NCBI GenBank assembly: GCA_013239625.1
Contig: MU054187.1
Coordinates: forward strand, 16,260,941-16,324,940
From: Lama guanicoe
Taxonomy: Eukaryota
Reading direction: 5' to 3'
Length of the DNA stretch: 64,000 nucleotides
Below the pieces are notes generated by a model that saw nothing but the letters and a program-made list of their open reading frames with translations, was not told the DNA's origin and searched no databases. Position numbers and translations under genes: made by a program. Position 1 is the stretch's first letter, and every line of letters starts with the position of its first letter. Below are positions 13,645 through 25,215 of this stretch, in pieces.

Positions 13645-14836
13645 ACCACAAGTTTATATTCTATGTCTGTGAGTCTATTTCTGTTTTGTATTTATGCTTT
13701 GTTTGTTTTTTTTTTTAGATTCCACATATGAGTGTTCCCATTTTGTATTTTTCTTTCTCTTTCTCGCTTACTTCATTTAGAATGACATTCTCCAGGAGCA
13801 TCCATGTTGCTGCAAATGGCGTTATGTTGTTGGTTTTTATGGCTGAGTAGTATTCCATTGTATAAATATACCACCTCTTCTTTATCCAGTCATCTGTTGA
13901 TGGACATTTAGGCTGTTTCCATGTCTTGGCTATTGTAAATAATGCTGCTATGAACATTGGGGTGCAGGTGTCATCCTGAAGTAGGGTTCCTTCTGGATAT
14001 ATGCCCAGGAGTGGGATTCCTAGGTCATATGGTAAATCTATTCCTAGTCTTTTGAGGACTCTCCATACTGTTTTCCACAGTGGCTGCACCACACAGCCTC
14101 TCCAGCATTTGTCATTTGTGGGATTTTTGAATGATGGCCATTCTGACTGGTGTGAGATGATACCTCATTTTAGTTTTGATTTGCATTTCTCTGATAATTA
14201 GTGATATTGAGCATTTTTTCATGTGCCTTTTGATCATTTGTATGTCTTCCTTGGAGAATTGCTTGTTTATGTCTTCTGACCAGTTTTGGATTGGATTGTT
14301 TAATTTTTTCTTATTGAGTCATATGAGCTGCTTATATATTCTGGAGACCAAGCCTTTGTCGGTTTCATTTGCAAAAATTTTTTCCCATTCCATAGGTTGT
14401 CTTTTTCTTTTACTTACGGTTTCCTTTGCTGTGCAGAAGCTTATAAGTTTCATTAGGTCCCATTTGTTTATTCGTGCTTTTATTTCTTCTAGGAGAAAAA
14501 TTTTGAGATGTGTATCAGATAATGTTTTGTCTATATTTTCCTCTACGAGGTTTATTGTATCTTGTCTTATGTTTAAGACTTTGATCCGTTTTGAGTTGAT
14601 TTTTGTGTATTGTGTAAGGGAATGTTCTAGCTTCATTGTTTTACATGCTGCTGTCCAGTTTTCCCAACACCATTTGCTGAAGAGACTGTCTTTATTCCAT
14701 TGTATATTCTTGCCTCCTTTGTCAAAGATTAGTTGACCAAAAGTTTGTGGGTTCATTTCTGGGCTCTCTATTCTGTTCCATTGGTCTATATGTCTGTTTT
14801 TGTACCAATACCATGCTGTCTTGGTGACTGTAGCTC
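13645..14836 (-). mobile_element. LINE-1 (relatively young), ORF2 C-terminal part, truncated at both ends
   Basis: ORF 14319-14894 has [22 protein letters not shown]...LIFDKG and [20 protein letters not shown] 13715-14092 has [43 protein letters not shown]; both are classic L1 ORF2p segments. Confidence 0.97.
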
Positions 14837-15524
14837 CAAGATTTTTATCTGTGACAAATCTATTCTTAGATATAGTTACCCAAATTTGCATCATTTCATT
14901 CTACTAACCATATTTTAGAATAAAACCTTATTGGCAATTTTCCCACTCTGGGCTGGCATGATAGTCTGAAAAAAAGAGGTGTTTCTCATAATCTCCTTCA
15001 GTGGCTGTATCCCAAGGACACAAAATGGGGTGTTGTGAGTAGGTCAGGTGCTAGTGCAGGACAGGAGGGTAGTGTCAGGCCTCCCTCCTTGGAATATCAT
15101 TCTATTTAAAAAAAAACAAAACATTTTTTTGAAAAATAACATAAAACAAAGCAGCACCCCTTTACATGTATAATAATATTGAGAAGTAGAATTAGAAATT
15201 CTCATTACTTTTTAATATATACAAGATAAACTGTATGGACTGTGCCTTTAGCTCTCCCCTCCCCTTCTCACCCTACCCCCACTCCCACTAAGAATTCACA
15301 CTTTGCATCAGGAAACACTTCAGTAAAGAAGTTTGCAAAGATACCCATACTAAAAGCATTTTGTATACAATGGCGAAATATATTCTGCATGTGCAGGTAA
15401 GTCAGGTGATCCTGGTCAAGTCATTTAGCTTTTTCACTCTTCTGCTACCTCATTTCTTAAATAAGCAAATAATATGATTCTAAAAACAAGTAAATCATTA
15501 AACTGTTATTAAAAGATATGGTGA

Positions 15525-16394
15525 GAATGAAAAAAGATGCTCAGTATCACTAATTATCAGAGAAATGCAAATCAAAAAACTACAATGAGGTATCACCTCA
15601 CACCAGTCAGAATGGCCATCATTAAAAAGTCCACAAATGATAACCTCTGGAGAGGATGAGGAGAAAAGGAAACCCTCCTACACTGCTAGTGGGAATGTAG
15701 TTTGGTCCAGCCATTACAGAAAACGGTATGGAGATTCCTTAAAAAACTGAAAATAGATTTACCTTATGATCTAGCAATCCTACTCCTGGGCATATATCCA
15801 GAGAAATCTCTAATTTGAAAAGATATATGCAACCCAGTGTTCATAGCAGCATTATTTACTAAAATAGCTAAGACAAGGACAACCTAAATGTCCATTGACA
15901 GATAGCTGGATAAAGAAGTTGTCATATCTAAATATATATATACAGTGGAATACTACTAAGCCATAAAAATAATAAAATAATGCTATTTGCAGCAACATGG
16001 ATGGATCTGGAGATTGTCATACTAAATGAGGTAAGTCAGACAGAGAAAGAAAAATACCATGTGATATCACTTATATGTGAAGTCTAAAATCTGATACAAA
16101 TGAAATTATTTACAAAACAGAAACAGACTCACAGACATAGAAAACAAACTTACCGATACCAGGGGGAAAGGGGATGGGAAAGGATAAATTGGGAGTTTGA
16201 GATGTGTAGATACAAACTATTATATATAAAGTAGATGAACAAGGTCCTACTGTATAGCACTGTATATTCAATACCTTATAATGGCCTATAATGAAAAAGA
16301 ATATGAAAAGGAATATATATATATGTAAATGAATCACTATACTCTATACAGGAAATTAACACAACATTGTAAATGGACTATATTTCAAAAAAAA
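15525..16394 (+). mobile_element. LINE-1, 5'-truncated, ORF2 end plus 3' UTR and A-tail
   Basis: ATCAGAGAAATGCAAATCAAAA, CACCTCACACCAGTCAGAATGGCCATCATTAAAAAGTC, GCAGCAACATGGATGGA, ACAAAACAGAAACAGACTCACAGACATAG, terminal A-run. Confidence 0.95.
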
Positions 16395-17375
16395 GAGTTA
16401 CGTAAGAAAAAAAAACTGTTGCCTTTACAGCCCACTCTTGTCCTACCAAGAAACAGAAATCAGAAGGAAGATTTAAAGAAAGCAATTTTGGAGCCCCTGA
16501 ATGAAAGGGGAAAGGATCACAAATAACATCTCACCAATTTCTCCATCAGACTTACAATGTGCTCTCCTATCTTTGTATCAGAAGCCATTGCTAACTATTT
16601 ACACATGCGAAGATTTAACATCTAAAAAGCATATACTTGTTCAGTGGCATCACATGAAATTATGGATGCATTCTTTTGTGTACTTTAAAAGGCATGTAAA
16701 TTCTACCTGCCGTATGAGGAAGTCAGTGGGTGGTGTTAGTTTGACTTTGGCACGGGTATTTAGATACAGAATCACATCCATGGTTTTAATCCGTTAAGCA
16801 CAGAGAGTGACTTAACATCTGGAGGTTTTACAGGGCAGGTAGTGAAAGTTGCTGAGCTAGAGAAGAAGGCTCCTTATTATTCAGCACAAAATAATACTGA
16901 CACAGTAACATTTGGATAAGCCATTTTTTGTTAATTTTACAAAACGTATGCACCAAAGCAATTTAGCGTTTCTGTGTTTGTTGATATTACCTTTTAATGT
17001 GACAACCATGACACCATTTTCCAAAACAGATGGATTAATGTCATTTTTTTTTCTAATTTACTTCACCTAGACAGGTGTTTCCTGTGTGTGTTTGACATGA
17101 AATTAAACATGGCTCCAGATGTTCTGTTTGTAGCAAAGCCAGTTAATTTTATTAGAACATTTAATCACAGATCAACAGTGTAATAGTAGGGCCGCAAACG
17201 TGAAGTGGAGATTTAACAGAACTTCCTAATGAATTGTGAATTAGTTTATACGGGGGGATCTACAGAACTACAGTGCTGCTCGTGTGAATCCCATAAAGGT
17301 ATTGATTTGAGCATGTTATTTTTCCTGAATTCTAATACTCTTCATGTTTAGAAGTTTCACTAGAATTGTCAAGTT

Positions 17376-17402
17376 GTGTGTGTGTGTGTTGTGTATGTGT
17401 GT
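17376..17402 (+). repeat. Imperfect (TG)n
   Basis: Direct reading. Confidence 0.9.
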
Positions 17403-18534
17403 TTTAAGCCGGCCATGTGATAATTCTGAAGCTACTTAGGGTGAATGGAACCATGTTTTTGAAAGTCCAACATCCATTGTAAACAGTGCTGCTTAGGCAT
17501 GAGTGGGCTGGGTATCCACTCATGTGCCCCAAAGTGCATTAGGGTGATACTCACAGTAACTGCTCCGCCTGTGATGCACATACTCCAGAGACGGCGGCAC
17601 AGAGTTCAGCTATGCCAGCCTTAAACATCATTACATGCCTAGTTATTTTTCCTCTAAGATTAGCTATAGATTTCCCATTAATTATAACATCAGGTTGATT
17701 CATCATTAATAAAATAAATCTCAGTGAACTGTCACTGACTTCTTGACTAAAATGAAAACAAATGAAGAAAAATCAGTTCCTGTCTTTGTTAGGCTCTTAT
17801 CAAATTTGTCTTTGTAGCAGCGTGGTCATTCCAGAGCGAGAGCGAAATATTCATAATTTTCTACTTTGAAATATTAGTGTGCCCATAAGCACTAGTAAAA
17901 ACTTAAAGCCCTGCTATGATTGATGTTTTTTGTTGGCCCGTCACCTCATTGTATAGAAGTTTGTTTTAATGAGTTTCTCTAATGAATATTTTATATTGCT
18001 ACTTGGATGAATGGCATATGGTAAATGCAAGGTAAATTACAGCTCTTTAAATAAATATTTTTCATAAATTATTTATTTTGTGATGCCTGTATTGGTAAGA
18101 TGTCATGTCAGATAAAGATTGGAAAGTATTTACTGTAATACTTATTTGTAACTTGAAGAAGTAAAATTTTTTAATTATTAACAAGCCTCCAATATACTCA
18201 TGAAACTTAACGGCAAAATTAGCATAAACTCTATCACATTACAAATCTGTGTGGACAGCTTCCGTTCTAAAATGCAAAAATAAGATAATCTCTTATGTTT
18301 ATAAGAATTTTTATACAATACTATGCAAATAAGAAAAAAATAACTATTTCTACAAGGACAGAAAAAGAGAACTTGGTAGGAACCAAACCTAAAATGAGCT
18401 TTAATGTTGGAAATTATTTAATCCTAAATTATATTTAAAAAATTATATTTCAATTGAGTAACTGCACATTTTTCATGATGCTTCTTATTTTCTTTGGGGA
18501 CATTTGAGTGAATGGGCTTTTATCTAATACACAT

Positions 18535-18720
18535 TAATAGCTAGTATTTATTGACTGCTTTTATAAACATTATTAAATTCTTACTATAATCATGAAAATA
18601 TGGTAGTATGATCTCTATTTCTATATATAAGAAAACTGAGATTCACCTGGCTAGGCGTAATAAAGATCTGAACCCACAGTAGATTGGCTATGATGCTTAG
18701 GGCTTTCTAGCTGCATTGAC
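18535..18720 (-). mobile_element. Degenerate MIR
   Basis: AATAGCTAGTATTTATTGACTGCT...ATAAGAAAACTGAG. Confidence 0.5.
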
Positions 18721-18819
18721 ACGGCCCCAAAATATGCTATCATCTCTTACAAAAAGATTTTAGATATGGGAAAGGTAAATATCCTCTCTTCCTCTACAAT
18801 TTTATTTTCATTAACAATG

Positions 18820-19050
18820 GTAGTAATAGTAACAGCTAACAAAGAGCGATTACTCTGTGCCTGGTACTAAGTACTTTGAGTACATCAAATTACTGATGTT
18901 AGGAGATGGGTACCATCATGACCGCCCACTGTACAGATGACAAAACTGAGGCACAGATTGTTTAGAAACTTGCCCAAGGTCACACAGCTGGTAGGTAGCG
19001 GAGCAGGCATTCAGACTCGGACATTGAGCCCAAATCTGTGCTCCAACTAA
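18820..19050 (-). mobile_element. MIR SINE
   Basis: TACAGATGACAAAACTGAGGCACAGA...ACTTGCCCAAGGTCACACAGCTGGTAGGTAGCGGAGC. Confidence 0.9.
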
Positions 19051-19079
19051 TGCAGCCTACCATGTTACCCTGAAGCATG

Positions 19080-19217
19080 TTCACATGTCTCTCTCTCCTG
19101 AAACTGTAAGCACCCTAAAAGTATGATCGTGTCTTATGCATTTATATAATTCCAGAACCTACAACATTGCCTGGAAAACTGTAGATGCTCAGCAAATATT
19201 TGTTAAACTAAACTGAC
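19080..19217 (+). mobile_element. LINE-2 3' end
   Basis: ACTGTAAGCACCCT...TGCCTGG...TAGATGCTCAGCAAATATTTGTTAAACTAAACTGA. Confidence 0.7.
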
Positions 19218-19749
19218 TCATCAGTGTCTACTGTTTACACAGATATTCAAAATGGAATGTAGTCCAGTATTTTAATTCCAAAAAGAAGAAAAATAAGCAA
19301 ATGCTAATAGCCTTGTGCTGAAATTCAATCACATAGGGACCTATCCTTGCTTACCCCAAATTAAATAATAATATAATTCGTGTGTATAGGTGCAACAACT
19401 ATTTGGGACAAAAAAAGAAAATAAGGTTTACACTTACTTGCATGTTGGCTACACTCATGTCTCCAGTTTTTTGGTTTTTTTTAATATACATTTGTCCATT
19501 TAGGCTGATTGTGTTCACACCTTCATTGCTCCATGAACATTTATGGTTCTATCTCAAATACTCCAAACATATTAACCTAGAAGATGTATTGATACTGTGC
19601 TAACAATTACAATAAATAAGATAAGAAATCATACTTGGCCCCTCAGAATAGTATACCTGGCACTAACTCATAATAAGCATTGTAGAGTAACAGAATTTAA
19701 ACCTTTTCCTTAGAGTGGCCAATAAGGTGAAGCATCGTTATTAATTAAA

Positions 19750-19829
19750 TTAGGTTGATCCACATGAAATAACTCACATGCAACCATTTTTCACCCAGAA
19801 AAATGGCCATTTCACGTGGTTCAGCCTGA
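19750..19829. mobile_element. MADE2 mariner MITE (80 bp, inverted-repeat ends)
   Basis: TTAGGTTGATCCACATGAAAT...ATTTCACGTGGTTCAGCCTGA; the termini are near reverse complements and the length is 80 bp. Confidence 0.85.
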
Positions 19830-21795
19830 CAGGTAACTGAGGGTCGACTTTCATACCATAGCTAGGTTACCAATTTTAAATACAACAAAGCATTCATGTT
19901 ACGCTAAACTCTACAAAGTGCAATTTAATCTTTCTCTAGTAATTTCAAAAGGAACGTGAAGATTTGATAGCAGTTTCAGGGATATCTTTACCAAAAAGTC
20001 CATTTTTTTAATCTATTTTAAGCACCATTTCTAATTACTCTAACATCTTGGTTTTAGAAAATGGAAATTTATTTTACTATGTATATCTTTTATTATTAAT
20101 ACGTAGACTACTTCCTGCATAGTTCACATTTTACCTTTTATTCTCTGCAAGTTAATTCAGAGATCCAAGTGCAAGAATTGACAATCAAAATCATCATGTA
20201 ATTTGGCAACATGTTTTGAAACATGTTGACTCCAAAATATCTAGATAAACAAAAAGAATTCATCCATATGTTGTTGTTTTTTTTTTCCTTTCTGACAGAT
20301 GGCATGCTTGAGAATAAATAAAACCAAATGCCTTAAATCAGAAGAGTTCTTATAATTATATCTCAGTTCTGGCTAACATTATCAATGTGAAATATTATTT
20401 TACTTTTTTAGATTTAAATGTAAATGCAAGAAAATACACAACAAATTGTCATTGATCATGAAAGAGGGGAAAAGAAGCAAAGTAGAGTTTGCAGTTTAGG
20501 ACCTGCTTTTTCCCTCCTTGTCCAGTGGAAGGCATGTCAATTGTTTTGTGTTGGACTCCAGCCACAGCCTCGTAGGCATGTCATGTCTGCAAAGCCACAT
20601 TGAGATACTTACCTTCACTTCTCCGAAGACAACTGTGCAAACTATTTCAGCTTCCATTGCGATAGACTACCAGAGGGCTTTGATTTTTTTTTATCATATT
20701 TTTATGTAATGTCATTTAAAATTTTTGCTCCAGCGGCCAGACACCAGGGGAAAGCTACATGAACGTAATGATTAGCAAAGCAACTGATACTTGCAGGTGA
20801 GGTGAATGTTGCTTGAGAGGCAGGACGTTTTGCAAAAGACTCATGGATGTTTTAAAGTGGTTACTTCTGATAACTGGTTTGAAAGTGTCGGTACCATTGT
20901 ACATAAATAGATAAGAATGAACACCAAAAGTGGAACTGGGAAAACAAATACAGCATCGCATGCTTGCGGGAGCAGAAAGCAAGGCTAACGAGGAGGGCAG
21001 AGATTAAGAGTAAGCAATGCCCAGCTCTCCCAGCCTCACGTCCTGCTCTCCCTTCCTAGCACCACAAGCAGTCCTTTCTTTCTTGCCACATTTGAGACCT
21101 TAAGGGAACATGCCGTCAGACTGCAGGGAACACAGGCGGCTAGGCTGCGGGCCGCAGCTCTGGGATGGAGGTGGGGAGCACTTGCCCCTGCAGAGCTCAG
21201 CGCTGTCTCTGTCGTTGGCCATCATCAGATCCCAAGTCTGTGCGGGCCGGCTGCGGCGGCGTTGACTGCTTTGATGGAGGAGTTTGGGAGCACACGGGAA
21301 AGAGCCAGAGGAAGAGACACTCTCTCTAACCACTGTAGGTATGAATACATTAATGCTAAGTGAACAGAGACCCAAATTTTGGAAATCAAAAAGCAAGGTT
21401 TATCCCATCTGATCACAGACTAGGGATCTCAAAGTAAGTATGTAAATAAAATATAAGGCCAAATAAAACCTACTTTGAGAAAGTCTAACATGGGGACTTG
21501 TGGGCTCTGGTTGACTGACATCAGGACGATTCTGTATCTGATTCCTTTCCTCTCATTTTGCTTGAGGCAGTTTATGAATAAAAAACATTTATAAGGTTGG
21601 CTGGGATCAATTACCACCACACTCAGTAAACTGGGATTGTTTACAAATGATCTACATTCCGAGATTATTATCAATGAACTTACATGAACAACTATTATTA
21701 AACGTATTTATTTAAAAAAAAATGACTTTCTGAGGGTCATTCACATTTATAAAGGATTATTTGTCCAAGGTCCTGAAGTAATGTTATAGAATTAA

Positions 21796-21798
<3 letters not shown>

Positions 21799-21833
<35 letters not shown>

Positions 21834-21870
21834 TATATATATATACACACATATATATATACACATATAT
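21799..21870 (+). repeat. (TA)n with (CA) interruptions
   Basis: Direct reading. Confidence 0.95.
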
Positions 21871-22346
21871 TTTAATTTATAAAAAACTTGCATCCTATTT
21901 TGGCCACATTCACTACATGATAAAAGATACTCTATTTTATAAATAGAAAATCCTTACCTAAGACATTTTCTATCTTTCCTAAACAACCATAGACAAACCT
22001 GAGGGAGAAGAAGTGGTGAGGAGGGATGCAAATCAGAGCACTTGGACAATCACTGTCTTCAGACCTTCTAAATTATAGTGGTAACTCAATTGTTGGGAGG
22101 AGGGAGCGGTATCAAAATCACCTGGGAACTCTTTTCAAATTATAGGCATGCCAGCTTTGTCCCCACCTTCCCACACCACTCCTGTAGGAAACTATTATTA
22201 ATAAAAAGTATGTTACATCACTCAGGTGTTTGGTGTGTGGGCAGAAGGGGGCGGGGTAAGGTGTTGCAAAACCCCAGCAGATCATACTGAAATTCCAAAC
22301 ACTGTGATTTGCAGGTTAAGGCCATCTTAAAACTCAGGTTCTAAAG

Positions 22347-22574
22347 CAGGGTTTCTCGAACATGGCACTCCCCACGTTTCAGATGAATCATTCTTTGTTG
22401 TGGGGGACTGGCCTCTATTATGGAGGATGTTTAGCAGTATCCCAGTCTTCTAACCTCCAGGTGCCAGTAGCTAACCATCCCCCTCTCCACACAGGTAATA
22501 CAATCAAAAATGTCTCCAGATTTTCCAAAGACCCTGCTAGCGGGGAGGAGGATCACCCCTGTTAAGAACCACTG
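22347..22574 (-). mobile_element. MER20 hAT-Charlie element, full length
   Basis: Ends CAGGGTTTCTC and AGAACCACTG; internal TCTTTGTTGTGGGGG, GGATGTTTAGCAG and AAAAATGTCTCCAGA; 8-bp flanks TTCTAAAG/AGCTAAAG match 6/8. Confidence 0.9.
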
Positions 22575-23109
22575 AGCTAAAGATATGTGAGGTATAAACA
22601 GGGAAATTTTGAATACTGATTTGAATCAGGGAGGAGAAATCTTATATACTATCACAATTAGAGACCAACATAACAATTGGAACATCGGATCCAGGAACAA
22701 AGGGCTCATTCCAACACTAACAGTGTACTTTGTCAGGACTGGGGGAAAAAAAAAAAAACAAGCAAGCACAGTTGCTTTAGTTCTACTCTAATTTTGAGAG
22801 GAAAGTCCTAATTCTAGGATACAAAGGTTGTCTCTTGTGAAAGACAGGAGTACCCACTTTGCCCTGAAAAACGTGCTAGCTGTCAATTAAAAAACAAAAT
22901 GTAAAAGTCCTTTTCCCCAACAAGATAGATATTGTGAGGATGTATATAATCTTTTATGTTGGAACAGAACCCCATACTAAAAACAGACTTACCCTAGGGA
23001 GACACTGGGTCATGGTAAATTTTTGAGGTACCCAGTTTTGCAAGGACCATCCATCACTCAGTGCCCCTAAACACTCTGCATCCTTTGCGTAACTTCCTTA
23101 TATTTACTA

Positions 23110-23950
23110 TTACAAAATGAGCAGTGATATGAACAGACAATTTATAAAACAAAAATTATATCTAGAAAGTATAAAATTGAAATGAGGCACAACTTCACTA
23201 GCAATCAATACCATAAACCATAAACAGCATTAAGATCTGATTTTCACCACCTGTTAGATTGGAAAATGCCACATTTCATTGACACTGAGGTATCATCAAT
23301 GACAAAACACAATCACGATTTCATGTATCAAAGAGAAAGTGAAAACGCTACCAACTCACCTACTATATGGCATTGATTATAAAACATTAAATTTCAGAGC
23401 TGCTAAAACTGGAAGAAAGAAATGCATCTAAGAATCAATGAAATCTATACTTTAAAAACTGACATGGTCCAATGTCAGTAAGGGTATGGAAAACAGACAT
23501 TCTCCTACAATAGTGGCAGCATTGCCAATTGGTACAGATTTTGGAAAGAAATTTGATGGAAAGATCAAAATAAGAAATACATATATCTTTGACTTAGCAA
23601 CCTAATTTCCAGGAATCTATTCAACAAAAACACAAGCATAAGAGTATAAAGACATATGTACAAACATATTTAATGAAATAATATTTTAAAAGTGGCTTGG
23701 AAAAATTAGAAACAACTTCAATATCCACCACTTGGTGAGGGGATACGAACATTTAAGACGGCTCCATTTATATTTATTTGAAAACATCTTAATGTTAATA
23801 AATATAAGCAAGATACAGAACAAAGTATCACTTAATCCAATTTTTCCATAAAGACAATTTGTAAGCACATAATTTTTATCAGTCATTACTTGTAAAAGAT
23901 TGTCTTTCATTTTTTATTCTCTATACTTCTACATTTAACAATCTTTTAGT
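23110..23950 (+). mobile_element. Ancient L1ME fragment
   Basis: GATATGAACAGACAATT, AAGGGTATGGAAAACAGACATTCTC.TACA, TTTGACTTAGCAA...CCAGGAATCTAT, TTAGAAACAAC. Confidence 0.65.
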
Positions 23951-24334
23951 AACTTTATAATAAGTAGTATAGAGTGAAGAGCAAGAGGCAGGGCACAAGA
24001 GTGAATGGAGATGCTGCCATCTGAGTTGGTGGGATGCTGTCTTTAGACGTGCATGCTGCATAGCTTGGAACATCTCTTGAAGGGCCTCGAGAATCCAGTA
24101 ATAGTACTGCCGCTTGTGTTAGAAAAATTGGGGGACGATTCTTTGTATACATTTTTTATACAAAATATAAGTACATAAATGTTTCAAATGCTGTACAGTT
24201 TTTCATTTTATTTTGAAATGTTTCCTTCTCTCCTTGTATTGCTACAAGTCTAGTTACATAACTTCAGATACTCTACTACTTGCCCTCCCTTCTGGTTGAC
24301 TTTATAGTGCTGGGGAAGAAGGAGTTATAAACAA

Positions 24335-24600
24335 TCTGGGTAAGAACTCCAGCACCTGGGTTCAAATCCAACAAATGTTTCCCAGCAGTGTGACCTCGGA
24401 CAAGTCACTTCCCATGAGTCAGATATTATTTTAAACATTTCACATATATTAACGTCTTGAGTCCTTATTCCAGTGGGTGAGTTTGTGAGTATTGCCATTT
24501 TTAGGATGAGGAAGTGGAGGCACTACCAGAAATCAGTGTTTCCTGCACCATGTTATCCAAAAGTTGGAGATGTGAGAGAGGAGAGCAAGTTCATGGCTCC
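24335..24600. mobile_element. Two adjacent MIR fragments (plus, then minus)
   Basis: CCTGGGTTCAAATCC...CAGTGTGACCTCGGACAAGTCACTT, then CCATTTTTAGGATGAGGAAGTGGAGGCAC. Confidence 0.55.
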
Positions 24601-25009
24601 CAGTCTTTGGAGAGAGTTTGGCTCATCTCATTCTCTAGGGAGAAAACTCCAGCCTTGGTGTCGAGGGGGGATTCATTGTGTGTGTTGAGTGAGTAGTTGC
24701 CAAGGGTCCAGGTTCACTCTGAACCTCAAGGAAAGTACAAGATTTGGGAGAGTGGCTAATAATTGAACAACTAGATTTGGTTTAAGTCTTAGGTTAAGTG
24801 TCAAGGATCATCTCAGCTTTATCTTTGTAACTGAGGATTGATAATTTCATCTCTGTACCTAGGTGGCTCTTAAAGTGACTTGGAAGGACCCAAAGCCTTT
24901 GTACTGTGGGGCAGGGAGAAGTAAGAGAGTTCATTTATCTTCTTTAACAGTTTGTTTTAAGTCAAGTTTCCGATTATGTTGTTTTAAGCCATTCAGTTGT
25001 ATCATTAGC

Positions 25010-25215
25010 AAGTAAAGACCACTTACATTTATTCAACAACTTCATTTATCTCCCGATACTCCTCCAAGATATGATTTGTTATTCACATATAGCTATCCAT
25101 AAGACGGAGGCTCTGAGAAATTAGGTAACCTGCCAAAGACCCCTCTGCCAATAAGACTCAGCAGTAAGATTTAAACCTTTGTCCACTTGGCTCTAAAGCC
25201 AGTGCTTCTGTACAA
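25010..25215 (-). mobile_element. MIR fragment
   Basis: GGAGGCTCTGAGAAATTAGGTAACCTGCCAAAGAC...TGGCTCTAAAGCCAGTGCT. Confidence 0.6.

Noticed and set aside
14176..14736. 186-aa hydrophobic plus-strand ORF resembling a membrane protein
   Set aside because: It is the antisense frame of L1 ORF2, a common artefact
15312..15402. Perfect CAG|GTAAGT donor with an upstream open frame
   Set aside because: Peptide unrecognised; the segment resembles decayed L1/MIR sequence and isolated consensus donors are frequent
19750..19829. 80-nt hairpin resembling a pre-miRNA
   Set aside because: Explained by MADE2 terminal inverted repeats
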